Shown in pieces: positions 20,607-30,567 of a stretch of 64,000 nt of DNA. The notes below the pieces were generated by a model. That model searched no databases, was not told the origin of the DNA, and saw only the letters and a program-made list of their open reading frames with translations. A program made the position numbers and the translations under genes. This stretch comes from Chlorobiota bacterium (GTDB lineage: Bacteria; Bacteroidota; Ignavibacteria; Kapaibacteriales; NICIL-2): the NCBI GenBank assembly GCA_044224515.1, contig JBGAKH010000011.1, positions 14,960 to 78,959 on the forward strand, in the 5' to 3' direction. The number at the start of each line of letters is the position of its first letter. Position 1 is the stretch's first letter.

Positions 20607-22961
20607 ATGGGGGGGCTCAACCGAAGCAAAAGAACTTACATTGATATATTTATGAAAAGAAGTCGTTTCTGGCATATCCTTTTACTGATGTTCACAGTTC
20701 ATCTTACAACGATTGCCGATGCAGGAATTCCAGTTTTTACCAGTTTAGGTACAGACTACACCGGGTCAGTTGTAGTTGATAATACGATATTTATATACGG
20801 TGAGAATGGCGTTATGATGCGTTCAACCGATCAAGGGTCTAATTGGACAAGATTTACTATTCCGGGACCGTTTCGTAAGATCAAAGGTGTCGTGGCTATT
20901 GGGCATTCAATTTATGCCGCAGATCAGCTCGCCGAGATCTACACTACTGACATAGTAACTTGCAATTGGCAGCCTCTACATGCTGTGTCAGATATGCTTG
21001 AGAATGACTCTGTGGTTGGGATGTTCCGGGAGAAAAACGCCGGTAATATTGTGATAGTGTCTCACAATAGTGTCACATATTTTGATTCCACGTTTCAAGT
21101 GAAGAGAACACTACTGGATAGTTCTCTTAACATTCAGTATGCAAGTATAGTTGGAAACACTATTATGGTCGCTAACAACGTGAAAACTTACATACTTGAT
21201 CGTAACAACGGTTACAAACCTGTGGTTTGGAAGAAGCCCGCTTATTTACAGTGTTCAAACTGCCTCCTCCCAAGCAATGTATGCGATGCTGGAGATAGCT
21301 TATTGGTCAAATACGGAATAGTATGGTATATAGTATCTCCTGATATGCAACAAGGTCGAGTAGTGGAACACAGCGATGGACTTGTTGCGGAGTACCGTGA
21401 CAGATTCACTGTCTTAGAGAATAGTTATGATGCTCCAACTGACCATTCGACGCTTCGATCACGATGTTTCAGAGAAACCAGCGGCCAAACCATTCGCTTC
21501 GACACGTTGATTCAGGAAGATGAGTACTATGTTGGCAGGGTTTACTTAAGCCGCATGAGAACGGTTGGTGATTCGACAATAGTTGCATTTGGAAAGAATA
21601 ATACAATCGTTGTTAGTCGAGACGGTGGACGGACATGGCATTTTAAATCTTATAATGCATATGGTCCTGTGCTTAAAATGCGCGACTCACTGTATGGAAT
21701 CACCAACGATCGCATTAGAGTCATTACGACAAAGGATGGCAATTGTACGTGGCTGCCGCAAAAAATGACTTGTGATACTACCGACCATGGCTGGTTTTCC
21801 GGAGGAGACGTATTCTACCTGGACAGTGTAGCGCTGATGGTTTGTAATAATGCCAACGGATGGACTAAAACGAACTACCGATTCATTTCCGAAAAGGATG
21901 GCGATGTGGTATATGGTAACATACCAGAGTGGAGAAGTGTATATTCAGTAAATAGTATGAGCGTTCTCAAAATTGACGATAGGTGGTCAATTTATCGTAG
22001 TGGACAAGGAGTAAGCTCCATGACTCAGGATTACTGGTACACCACTTTATCTATTCTCGATTCGAATTATAAACCGTTAAGTGTTAAGCTTTATGATTCA
22101 CTTCGAATCAGGAATGTCATAGACTTAGGATTAAAGAAACTCACCATATTTACGTCATATAGGGTCGATGACTATAACACCTCGAATTTATATGAATCAA
22201 CAGACGGAGGAGAATCTTGGACAAAATATACTACGAAAATATCTGCTGGTAATAACTATGATGGTCAGATAGTTAGCAGTGGTGACTTTCTGTTTGTGCC
22301 TAGTAACTATAAAGATTCTATTGGGTCTCGACACAATAGAATGGAGTGGATTGAAGCAAATAAGTATGAGAGTCATGGGGTCTGTTTTGAAGACACGGTG
22401 ACCGATATTACCTCGGTTGTAAACTGGAAAGGCAAAATATATTACGGGCAATTTGGTAGCTTAGTATTGCACTACGCCAAAAGTAGTGACCCTTTAGATT
22501 GGCTCAAGATCGCCCCATTTGGATATCTGTCGTATCACTGTTTTGGAACCCAGGGAGATTGTATGCTTGTTTCTCTTGCAAAAATAAGCTCAGGTAGTAT
22601 TTCCTCGGCAAGACAGTACGGATTATTGACATATTCCGGCGAATTGAGTTCTGTCAGTGAGGCCCATGTAGAAAATGATGCTAGTTTGTATCTACATTCG
22701 ACATATCCAAATCCGTGCAAAACTGTATGCAAATCTCACTATTCACATGATGACCAAGACGAGATTGGTGCGGCAAATATTAGTCTATATGACATTAACG
22801 GATTCGTTATTGATACTCAGGGATACAGTGTTGACGTTGCAAACACAACACTGCTAGAATGCGATATCACTCTTGACCTTACAAAAATACCGAGTGGAAT
22901 ATATGTACTTAGGGTTCGAAGTGGTACTGGTGCTAAATCTGTAAAAATATTGAAACTATAG
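20607..22961 (+). CDS. Secreted BNR-like repeat protein with T9SS CTD (paralog family A)
   Basis: 784 aa, signal peptide, STDQGSNWTR / SRDGGRTWHF / STDGGESWTK motifs. C-terminal ISLYDINGFVID...GIYVLRV CTD. Paralog of 15124..17442. Confidence 0.65.
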   Translation: MGGLNRSKRTYIDIFMKRSRFWHILLLMFTVHLTTIADAGIPVFTSLGTDYTGSVVVDNTIFIYGENGVMMRSTDQGSNWTRFTIPGPFRKIKGVVAIGHSIYAADQLAEIYTTDIVTCNWQPLHAVSDMLENDSVVGMFREKNAGNIVIVSHNSVTYFDSTFQVKRTLLDSSLNIQYASIVGNTIMVANNVKTYILDRNNGYKPVVWKKPAYLQCSNCLLPSNVCDAGDSLLVKYGIVWYIVSPDMQQGRVVEHSDGLVAEYRDRFTVLENSYDAPTDHSTLRSRCFRETSGQTIRFDTLIQEDEYYVGRVYLSRMRTVGDSTIVAFGKNNTIVVSRDGGRTWHFKSYNAYGPVLKMRDSLYGITNDRIRVITTKDGNCTWLPQKMTCDTTDHGWFSGGDVFYLDSVALMVCNNANGWTKTNYRFISEKDGDVVYGNIPEWRSVYSVNSMSVLKIDDRWSIYRSGQGVSSMTQDYWYTTLSILDSNYKPLSVKLYDSLRIRNVIDLGLKKLTIFTSYRVDDYNTSNLYESTDGGESWTKYTTKISAGNNYDGQIVSSGDFLFVPSNYKDSIGSRHNRMEWIEANKYESHGVCFEDTVTDITSVVNWKGKIYYGQFGSLVLHYAKSSDPLDWLKIAPFGYLSYHCFGTQGDCMLVSLAKISSGSISSARQYGLLTYSGELSSVSEAHVENDASLYLHSTYPNPCKTVCKSHYSHDDQDEIGAANISLYDINGFVIDTQGYSVDVANTTLLECDITLDLTKIPSGIYVLRVRSGTGAKSVKILKL

Positions 22962-23188
22962 CCTTGTTTGGACAACCCACCTCTCCTGCTTGCCTAGTCC
23001 GCCGCGGATAGCCCTAGCGCATTCGCATCAAACTTTACGGACTATGGACCTCGAAGAGCTTCTTCTGCTTAGAATTACAAAGTCGAAGCGTAAAGAGATA
23101 CTAAACAGAAACGATTAACCCACATTCGTGAAAACGGTTGGAACTTCAAACTTCCTAGTCCAGTTATACACTCTAAAAAGGACTCGTT

Positions 23189-24493
23189 GTGAAAAATGTC
23201 ATGATATGTAGTGTATTGGCTTTGTCATTGTGGTTGTTTAGTGCAGTTGAAGCAGAAGCTCAACTCAGCTCGGCGTTTTTTGCCGTTCGACCTGAGCAGA
23301 TGCGTTATTTAAGGTACGACCGCATTGTAAACGAATTTGATTCGGCGGTTGTTTCGATAACAGTCGGTGAGTTTAAAGTAAGTAGTGAAACTAACACCTT
23401 ATTGTTACCACTGTTTGTAGTCCCGACTGACTCTGTGGTCAACGGAATTGGTAGTGTGGTTCGGGATAATTCGATTGCTGCGAGAATGAGAACCGAACCC
23501 TTTGCAATTCCCACTAGTACCTTCAACGTAACATTCTTTCGCGAACTATTAGGTACCAACAATTTATGTGCTTTGCCCGGCAATAGCGGTTCTACTGGAA
23601 TTGATAAACACTGGACACTCGGGTCCAACAAAGTAGCTGAGCGCACCGAGTTCATTATTGAAATGGTTCGTCAAAGCGACGGTGCCGTTATCTGCACGGT
23701 GGACTCGGTTGGAGTTTTACCAAATCCTACAACTAGTATTATTCAGCGCTATGGTACATTTCCGGACCACATGAATCATTCTCGTACATTGAGTGGAGTA
23801 TCTTACTCAGATAGCGCTTACTTCAGGATAGTTCCCGCACGAGACACTTTAACACCATTTGGCTTTCGTGCTAGTCAAATGTCTATGTATGTAAATCTGT
23901 CTGCTATTAGAGAGTACTCAGATTCTGCATTAACTAAACTAAATTCGGTCGATTCGGATTCGTTACAGCACCTTTATTATTTAGACTTAAAACAATATTA
24001 TGATAGTACGATAGCTGCAACAGGAAGTTTGCCTTATCGAGCTCCAAATGTTTTACCTGTTGGCTATGAAAGTCAATTTTTAAACTCATATTATGTGAAC
24101 GCAACTCCCTGGAAGACCGACACTATTTTGTGGAAGAATAATCCTGGAGCATACTCAAAAATAGGTTTTACTCCAGGTCGTGACTCGTCGATTCGACTCG
24201 CTGATTTGAAGGATGCTCTATGCACTGTAGAGATGTGGACAGTTAATAGTGGCAGCAGTAATAAAATAGATTTGATAATAAAAACGAGGTTTTACTTTAC
24301 AAATAGCAAAGTTGTCTTGTTTGATATGATGGGGAGAACAGTTGCACAATCTCAAATCCCATTTATTTATACTAAGAACAACAAAATTCAAGTAGATGTG
24401 GATCAAGAACTGGCATCTGGCAGCTATGTTGTGGTACTTTTCAGTAGTGACAATCAATTATTGAGTTGGACAAAAATTGTGTATGAGAAGTAG
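23189..24493 (+). CDS. Secreted hypothetical protein with T9SS CTD
   Basis: Signal peptide (LWLFSAVEAEAQ). C-terminal VVLFDMMGRTVAQ...GSYVVVLF CTD pattern. Confidence 0.5.
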   Translation: MKNVMICSVLALSLWLFSAVEAEAQLSSAFFAVRPEQMRYLRYDRIVNEFDSAVVSITVGEFKVSSETNTLLLPLFVVPTDSVVNGIGSVVRDNSIAARMRTEPFAIPTSTFNVTFFRELLGTNNLCALPGNSGSTGIDKHWTLGSNKVAERTEFIIEMVRQSDGAVICTVDSVGVLPNPTTSIIQRYGTFPDHMNHSRTLSGVSYSDSAYFRIVPARDTLTPFGFRASQMSMYVNLSAIREYSDSALTKLNSVDSDSLQHLYYLDLKQYYDSTIAATGSLPYRAPNVLPVGYESQFLNSYYVNATPWKTDTILWKNNPGAYSKIGFTPGRDSSIRLADLKDALCTVEMWTVNSGSSNKIDLIIKTRFYFTNSKVVLFDMMGRTVAQSQIPFIYTKNNKIQVDVDQELASGSYVVVLFSSDNQLLSWTKIVYEK

Positions 24494-25043
24494 CCGCACG
24501 ACATCGATTTACGTTCTTCTGTGTAAGAAGAAATGAGTGCATTTATATCTAAATGGTTGTTGCATCAACAACGTCTTGCTGCCAAGAATCGGTAAAAAAG
24601 TCCACGGTTGTATGTATTTCTAGTAGTGAGTAAACATTAACTGGCTCTCATTCTGAGTTGGATATTTTGCGTTGGAGGACGGCTTTCAACGCTACAGCTT
24701 TCAACGACGGGTTGTCATACTAACATCTTACAGTCTAGTTGGACAATCCGACCACTTCACCCCAGCAAATCCATATCGAGTTGATCAAGCATCTTCCCGT
24801 CAGACCTTCCAACTCCTAGCTCTCGAAGTTACACTTGTGCTGAAACATACATTGCGGATCAGTAAAGACATCAGAGACGGAAACGATGAGTCGACTGTTG
24901 TGGAAATGGTGGGTCATTAGGTGTGGATTCTCCAGACCTGCCGACAAACTCAAACTAGAGTGAATAGTAGCTTCCGAGAAGATGTTCCAAATGTGCTTGG
25001 CTTTACAAGGCGGGGTGCAACGCAATTGCGGAAAGAAAAAATA

Positions 25044-25073
25044 AAGCCCTTGTCTAATAATAGTCCAAGGGCT
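25044..25073. terminator. Hairpin (AAGCCCTTG...CAAGGGCT) upstream of the integrase
   Basis: 9-bp stem with a 13-nt loop in the intergenic region; preceded by the palindrome CGCAATTGCG. Confidence 0.3.
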
Positions 25074-25295
25074 GAAGAAGAATTGTCGTAAGAGACAGGG
25101 TATGGTTCTTACGAAATTGGATACGTGGGACCTGAGGGACGCTCTGCGGTGTTTTTACATTGCTAGAGTTGTCCGCCTGTTGAAAACAAACACCCGAAAA
25201 TAGGCTTGATTCTGCGTTTCGCGCTCGCGAGTTGTGCGCTGCTTGGTAGTTTTGATTAGTTCAAGAAAGTTCAAAACTGCCCAAAAGCTGCCCAA

Positions 25296-26495
25296 GTGCC
25301 CAAGGTAAATTTCTACATCGAGTCCTACAAAAACCAGCTCGGAGAGTCGCAGCTTCGAGCTCAGATGACCTATGGCAACAAGCGCCTTCGCGTGCCTACA
25401 CTTTTGAGTGTCAAACCAGAGGACTGGGATCCAGTCAAACAGCAGGTTCGAAAGTCTGCGAAGGGGAGCGCCAAACAAAATCACATCCTATCAACCATCA
25501 AGGCACGATTGCTCGACATCTTTCAAGACTTCCAGCTCGCGGGACAGTTCTCGCCCACGGTGGAGCAGATCACAGGTGAGTTCAATAGAAGTACGAACCA
25601 GAAGACCGAGACTATAGAGACGCTCTTTGATGCGTTCATAGCAGAGAAGAGCCCGCTCGTGACAGCAAACCTCATCAAGCACTACGTTATAGCCTTCAAT
25701 CACCTAAAGGCATTCTCAAAGGCAGCACGTGCGCCACTGGTGCTGCAGAACATGGATGAAGGATACTACACTCGCCTGCGCGGGTACCTGGTGGAGCAGG
25801 GCATGCTCAACAACACGATCGGCAATCAGATCAAGTATCTCAAAGCGTTCCTTGCATGGTGCGACCGGCAGGGCTACGCAGTGCACCCTGGTTATAAGCT
25901 ATGGAAGAAGCTTAAAGAGAAGGTGAGTATTGTGACGCTGACCGAAGACGAGCTTGTAGCGATCGAGGCGCTTGATCTTTCGGCCACTCCAGGACTGGCG
26001 CGCACCCGGACACTGTTCTTGCTTGAATGCTACTCCGGTCTCAGATGGTCAGACGCCTCCCGAATAACGAAAGCTTCGCTCCACTCGGACTACTTGCTAG
26101 TGAACGTTCGTAAAACACAAGAGCCCTTGCGTATTCCGCTCACAAGACAGCTCAAGTTGGTAGTGGAGACACTGCTATCCGGCGAGATGCCAAAGGTCTC
26201 AGCACAGAAGTTCAACGATCAGATTAAAGAGGTCTGCCGGCGTGCTGGGATTGACGCCGAGGTGCAGCACGTCAGACATAGTGGGGCTGAGAGACGAGAG
26301 GCGCATTTCGCTAAGTGGCAGCTTGTTACATCGCACACCGGACGTCGGACGTTTGTAACCTTATCACTGCAGAAAGGAATGCGGCCGGAGGTCCTGATGC
26401 AGATCACCGGCCACAAAGACATTGGGACTATGATGCGCTACGTCAATATCTTGGGGGAGACCACTGCGAAGGAGATGAGGAAGGCATGGAGCTAA
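25296..26495 (+). CDS. Tyrosine-type site-specific recombinase (phage integrase)
   Basis: C-terminal catalytic region with HTGRRTF (Arg), GHKDIGTMMRY (His...Tyr). N-terminal arm/SAM-like domain typical of Bacteroidota integrases. GTG start. Confidence 0.8.
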   Translation: MPKVNFYIESYKNQLGESQLRAQMTYGNKRLRVPTLLSVKPEDWDPVKQQVRKSAKGSAKQNHILSTIKARLLDIFQDFQLAGQFSPTVEQITGEFNRSTNQKTETIETLFDAFIAEKSPLVTANLIKHYVIAFNHLKAFSKAARAPLVLQNMDEGYYTRLRGYLVEQGMLNNTIGNQIKYLKAFLAWCDRQGYAVHPGYKLWKKLKEKVSIVTLTEDELVAIEALDLSATPGLARTRTLFLLECYSGLRWSDASRITKASLHSDYLLVNVRKTQEPLRIPLTRQLKLVVETLLSGEMPKVSAQKFNDQIKEVCRRAGIDAEVQHVRHSGAERREAHFAKWQLVTSHTGRRTFVTLSLQKGMRPEVLMQITGHKDIGTMMRYVNILGETTAKEMRKAWS

Positions 26496-26511
26496 GGGCA
26501 AATCTACTCTT

Positions 26512-27267
26512 CTATACGATACGTAACACCGGGCCTGCTGACACATTGGGGGTCTCATTCCATTCTTTGCCGAGTAATTCCCGTCCGTTTGCTTTCTTGC
26601 TTCGTCTCAGACCGTCTGCACCCCAAGTACCCCACTGCTTGAAGAAGAAAGCAGTATTCTGTCTCTCACATTGCAACTTAATATTGAGAGCCCACTCTTC
26701 CTTCATCGGCCGAGCATTTGCACCACTTTCACCACCAACGATCACCCAATGAATTCCCTTAAGATTCAACTTGCCAACGTCCTCTAAAAGAGGCTCAATC
26801 GAGAGAAATCGAATCTTTGCTTTGATTTTTCTCAAGACGTCAATGCGGTTCTTCTTAAGAGAATTCTCCACCGTCACCCCTAACCAAACATTCTCAGGAC
26901 ATTGCCTGCTTCTGAAATATCTTTCAAGTCTATCTTCTCTCTTTGTGAGAATCTGGTATGTGTGCCAAGGGGTTTCAACAATTGTATCGAATACTCTATC
27001 TAAGAAATCATCAGGCATCTTTTCATGAAACAAATCACTCATTGAGTTGACGAAGTACTTTGTCGGTTTCTTGACAGATTTCGGTGCGTCAAGTCGTTCA
27101 GGCAGAAGGTTGAATTTGAACCCTTTTTCATACCCAGGTGTTCCCATCGCTTTCAATCTGCGCGCCATAACTTCAGCATAACAGAATTTGCATCCTGCCG
27201 ATACCTTGGTACAACCAACACTAGGGTTCCAAGTTGCCTCGGTCCACTCAATCTTACTTTGACTCAT
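26512..27267 (-). CDS. Phage Gp37/Gp68-family (three-Cys-motif, DUF5131-like) protein
   Basis: N-terminal KIEWTEATWNPSVGCTKVSAGCKFCYA, i.e. the IEWT...WNP...GC...GC.FCYA signature of the Gp37/Gp68 family. Overlaps the upstream partner gene by 14 nt. Confidence 0.6.
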   Translation of the reverse strand: MSQSKIEWTEATWNPSVGCTKVSAGCKFCYAEVMARRLKAMGTPGYEKGFKFNLLPERLDAPKSVKKPTKYFVNSMSDLFHEKMPDDFLDRVFDTIVETPWHTYQILTKREDRLERYFRSRQCPENVWLGVTVENSLKKNRIDVLRKIKAKIRFLSIEPLLEDVGKLNLKGIHWVIVGGESGANARPMKEEWALNIKLQCERQNTAFFFKQWGTWGADGLRRSKKANGRELLGKEWNETPNVSAGPVLRIV

Positions 27268-28435
27268 GACCCCTTGATGCTAGTGAGAAAACGGCTAAAA
27301 CTTCATTCTTACTGTAGTGCTCGTATGCAATATAGAAACTGTTCGCTTTACGAACTTCGCCAGAATTGTAAGTTACTATTACCACCCTGCGTTTTACGAG
27401 ATCAGCCAGGACTTTTCGAGCATGTTTTGGAAGGTACGAGTTTGTAACCGTTATCTCGTACAATTGAACATTGGTCCTTGACTCGCTTACTGCTTGAAGT
27501 ATTAGACCACGTAGCTTGACAAGGTTTCGTTCAGACTCTTCCAACAACTCCTCATCCGCAAAGAGAGATTCTGTTCCGGATGGCTGTTCCCAAGTCTTAC
27601 CATATCTTGGGTCGATTAAGAACAGGGCTTCCAGTGCCTTCTCCAAACCATATATGTGTGGCGTTACGAAAAAAAGCGCAAAAATTTGACCCTTAACATC
27701 ACTTGTAATACGGAGTGATTTAGCGTAGTATTTGTCGCCGTACTTCAGCGCCTCAGTAAGATACTCAATGAGCTCAAACCTGCTTGGTAACTTGGACCAT
27801 ATGTTGTGCTTTGAATCGAAAAAGCTGCGTAGTAGCTCTTGTAGTGGCTTAAAAAATACCTCTTCTGAGTCTTTGGCAGGACCTATAAAACGCTGTATAT
27901 GGCTAATAGGTGAAAACAAAAATATTTCTGTACGGCCATTAGACAACAATTTATCGAGCAGTACTTTTGTTAGGCCCTTGTAGCCCCAAGGATCTATTAA
28001 AATCAAATTCTTAACAGTTGAATTCTGTCTAACGATGGCAGAATGAACCTTTTCTAAAAACTCCAGCCCGTCGTCGTGACTAGTTTCAATGTTGAATTTG
28101 ACTGTTGTAAGGTCATACTTTGACAAAGCACTTTGAAGCTCCAAGATCCGTTTTTTTTTGTCGTTAAAATGAAGATTTAGACGGCGACTTGCGCTATCAT
28201 CAAATTTCTCCGTCAACTCAATCGCTGTATCGACAGTCCTGATGGGACTACCTTTTCCATCGCCGTTATAGAGACCGGGTCCACAGTAAGCATCATATAT
28301 ATTAATACACGAAATGTAATCAATGTTGAGCATTACAGATAGATACCGAGTCAAGTAAAGTTGCCAAAAATCAAGTTTGGCCTCTGAATGTTTCTTTAGT
28401 GTTTGAGTATGTCTAGTCGGAGCTTTGTTAGTCAT
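27254..28435 (-). CDS. Partner protein of the three-Cys-motif enzyme (TcmP-like?), Rossmann/MTase-like motifs
   Basis: 393 aa, translationally coupled to the Gp37/Gp68 gene. IYDAYCGPGLY (motif-I-like GxG) followed ~100 aa later by LILIDPWGY (motif-IV-like D-P-x-aromatic). Confidence 0.4.
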   Translation of the reverse strand: MTNKAPTRHTQTLKKHSEAKLDFWQLYLTRYLSVMLNIDYISCINIYDAYCGPGLYNGDGKGSPIRTVDTAIELTEKFDDSASRRLNLHFNDKKKRILELQSALSKYDLTTVKFNIETSHDDGLEFLEKVHSAIVRQNSTVKNLILIDPWGYKGLTKVLLDKLLSNGRTEIFLFSPISHIQRFIGPAKDSEEVFFKPLQELLRSFFDSKHNIWSKLPSRFELIEYLTEALKYGDKYYAKSLRITSDVKGQIFALFFVTPHIYGLEKALEALFLIDPRYGKTWEQPSGTESLFADEELLEESERNLVKLRGLILQAVSESRTNVQLYEITVTNSYLPKHARKVLADLVKRRVVIVTYNSGEVRKANSFYIAYEHYSKNEVLAVFSLASRGHESK

Positions 28436-28710
28436 TGTAGCCTCGGAGATCTGTCTGCCGAAATAATAGGATGCATAATTATGGATGTTTTCAGTATTTC
28501 ACCAACCTTAAGTTTTTACATGCAGTTAAGCGAGTGAAATAAAAAGTGTGCTTGCGAATCAGTATCTATGCGACTCTCAATCTTCTCTAATACGCTCGAA
28601 TGCACGAATATTTAAAAAAGAGACTCGAAAAAGAATGATGTAGTATCTTTAATCTAATTGCAACGCACTGCGTGTCAATCGAAATATTGATACCTAGTAC
28701 AAACAGTGTG

Positions 28711-29547
28711 CTATACACGTCTCGATTTTAGAAAATTCGAAAACGCCGAACACGCGACTAAAAAGAACTTTGCTTCATCAAAGTCGACTTCATGGTCATC
28801 TTCGATAAGTGCATGGCGTATGCCTCCTGCGTCACTTGTGTATCCGTACAGTGACGAGAAAGCTTTTCGAATCGCACCGTGTAACTGTCCTCTTTCTTGG
28901 AGAAATTTTAGAGCGTCCTCAATGCGAGCATTAGCGTCGCCTGTAACTAAAACGCTCGCGGACTCTATGGAAGATATTGACTCTTTTACCGAATTGCGGT
29001 AGTCCGGAGTTTCTCGGTGTGTTAAGTGACGAAGTGCCGTAGTCAAGTGAGTAGAAACGCTCTCCCATTGATCTTCAAATGTTATGGCCGACTCAATTGA
29101 CGAAATTTCAATAGTATCAGTTATAGGTGTTATGATGCCGTTTATTATCCGGTATCCACATAGCTCCTTCTCAAACTCGGCATTGAGTAAATTGGATGCA
29201 GTAGCTACTCTGTTCCGGGCCATAACGCTCCAAATATACTCAATGAGATCATAGACTTTATACCAAGGGGTAGCTCTCCCAAAAAACCAACTCTCTAATT
29301 CCTGTCTGAAACTTAAATATGATAAGGTGCCGTTGATGTCTCGTGGAAAGTTGTTCAATTTATAGATAAAAAACTCGCACCAGATGAGCTTGCAAATCCT
29401 CGTTGTGTTCGGCTTTTCATCATGCGGAATTCTTTCCAAGACATTAGTTGTAACACAATTCCAAATACGAACTCTAAGGTTATAATCTATGTCGTTTAGT
29501 TGTAAGTCCACTCTCGGTGGTAAATATCCATTTCTAGTAGAGAACAA
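28711..29547 (-). CDS. Hypothetical protein, possible abortive-infection (AbiJ/HEPN-like) protein
   Basis: 278-aa cytoplasmic singleton in a defense island. R/H-rich C-terminal segments (ALRHLTHRETPDYRN, DAGGIRHALIEDDH). Assignment is tentative. Confidence 0.25.
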   Translation of the reverse strand: MFSTRNGYLPPRVDLQLNDIDYNLRVRIWNCVTTNVLERIPHDEKPNTTRICKLIWCEFFIYKLNNFPRDINGTLSYLSFRQELESWFFGRATPWYKVYDLIEYIWSVMARNRVATASNLLNAEFEKELCGYRIINGIITPITDTIEISSIESAITFEDQWESVSTHLTTALRHLTHRETPDYRNSVKESISSIESASVLVTGDANARIEDALKFLQERGQLHGAIRKAFSSLYGYTSDAGGIRHALIEDDHEVDFDEAKFFLVACSAFSNFLKSRRV

Positions 29548-29595
29548 GGATGCTCCTTATTGAATGTAACGGTACCTAGTGAGACACAATAACAG

Positions 29596-30567
29596 TTAAA
29601 ACGAAAACGTATGGCTGGCATTTAACTGCACACTCGTGACAAAGTAGTCTTGATCAAGCTTGAAGGCTCCACCTTGCTTGCCGGTGATGAAGATACACTC
29701 AGATTTGATCGAGATTTTTGTGTCAGATGACGTAGTAACATTCACACAGATGCCGGCATAGGCATTCGTAAACTCATGGTTGCCGTGAAAGATTCCGGGG
29801 AGATTGCCACTTGCAAGACCCATATATCGGACGCCACCGTATAGGGCTCCAGTCTCACCATAGCCGATTTGACCTGAAAGATCAAAAGTTCCGACGCCGG
29901 TCTGAATGGACTTGCGAACCTTAGAGTTTGTGTCCGTTGGATTGCTCAACTCAGAGTACCCAATTTGAACGCTTCCCATAGTGAAGGTCCCGACGAACCC
30001 AGCAGAGAATCTTTTGCTGGGATCTTCTTGTTTTGAAAGGTTAAAAGCCTGAATGAGGTCTACCTGGAGTGACAATCCCAGTTCGATAGTGTGCAAAGGC
30101 TGTTGGAGTATGCGTTTTAGGTTGGCCAATGTTGATATCTCTCCCGTTGTGTCACCGACCGGCAGTCCAGATCTCAGATAGCCACCTGCAGCAAAGCCAT
30201 TTGAAAGTGATGTGACTGGAGCTTTCAAATTGATGGTAGGTTGTACTGAGAGCGAAGACAGAGGGGTGAAGAATCCTGTTAAGGCATCTAGCTTACTTGT
30301 GGTGTCGGTAGCGTCTTTTTTCATACTAGCGGCATGCGTCGAGATAGAAGAAGGAAGAGCATCTAGTGCAGCGTTAATTTTTGTAGCGTCAACAGCTTTA
30401 TCTTTTAATAAGTCACCGAGTACTATTCGCGTGATGTTCAACGAATCGATAACCGGTGCTGCCTTTACTTTTGCTTTGCCTCGCACAGTATTTGTTATAT
30501 CGAACTGCGAGTATGAGCTTACGCTGACGAAGGCAAGTGTCGTCAGAACCGCCACGATGAACTTCAT
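29596..30567 (-). CDS. Outer-membrane beta-barrel-like secreted protein
   Basis: Probable start at MKFIVAVLTTLAFVSVSSYSQ (signal peptide). Alternating amphipathic beta-strand pattern. C-terminal ...ASHTFSF ends in an aromatic residue, as in OMPs. Confidence 0.45.
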   Translation of the reverse strand: MKFIVAVLTTLAFVSVSSYSQFDITNTVRGKAKVKAAPVIDSLNITRIVLGDLLKDKAVDATKINAALDALPSSISTHAASMKKDATDTTSKLDALTGFFTPLSSLSVQPTINLKAPVTSLSNGFAAGGYLRSGLPVGDTTGEISTLANLKRILQQPLHTIELGLSLQVDLIQAFNLSKQEDPSKRFSAGFVGTFTMGSVQIGYSELSNPTDTNSKVRKSIQTGVGTFDLSGQIGYGETGALYGGVRYMGLASGNLPGIFHGNHEFTNAYAGICVNVTTSSDTKISIKSECIFITGKQGGAFKLDQDYFVTSVQLNASHTFSF

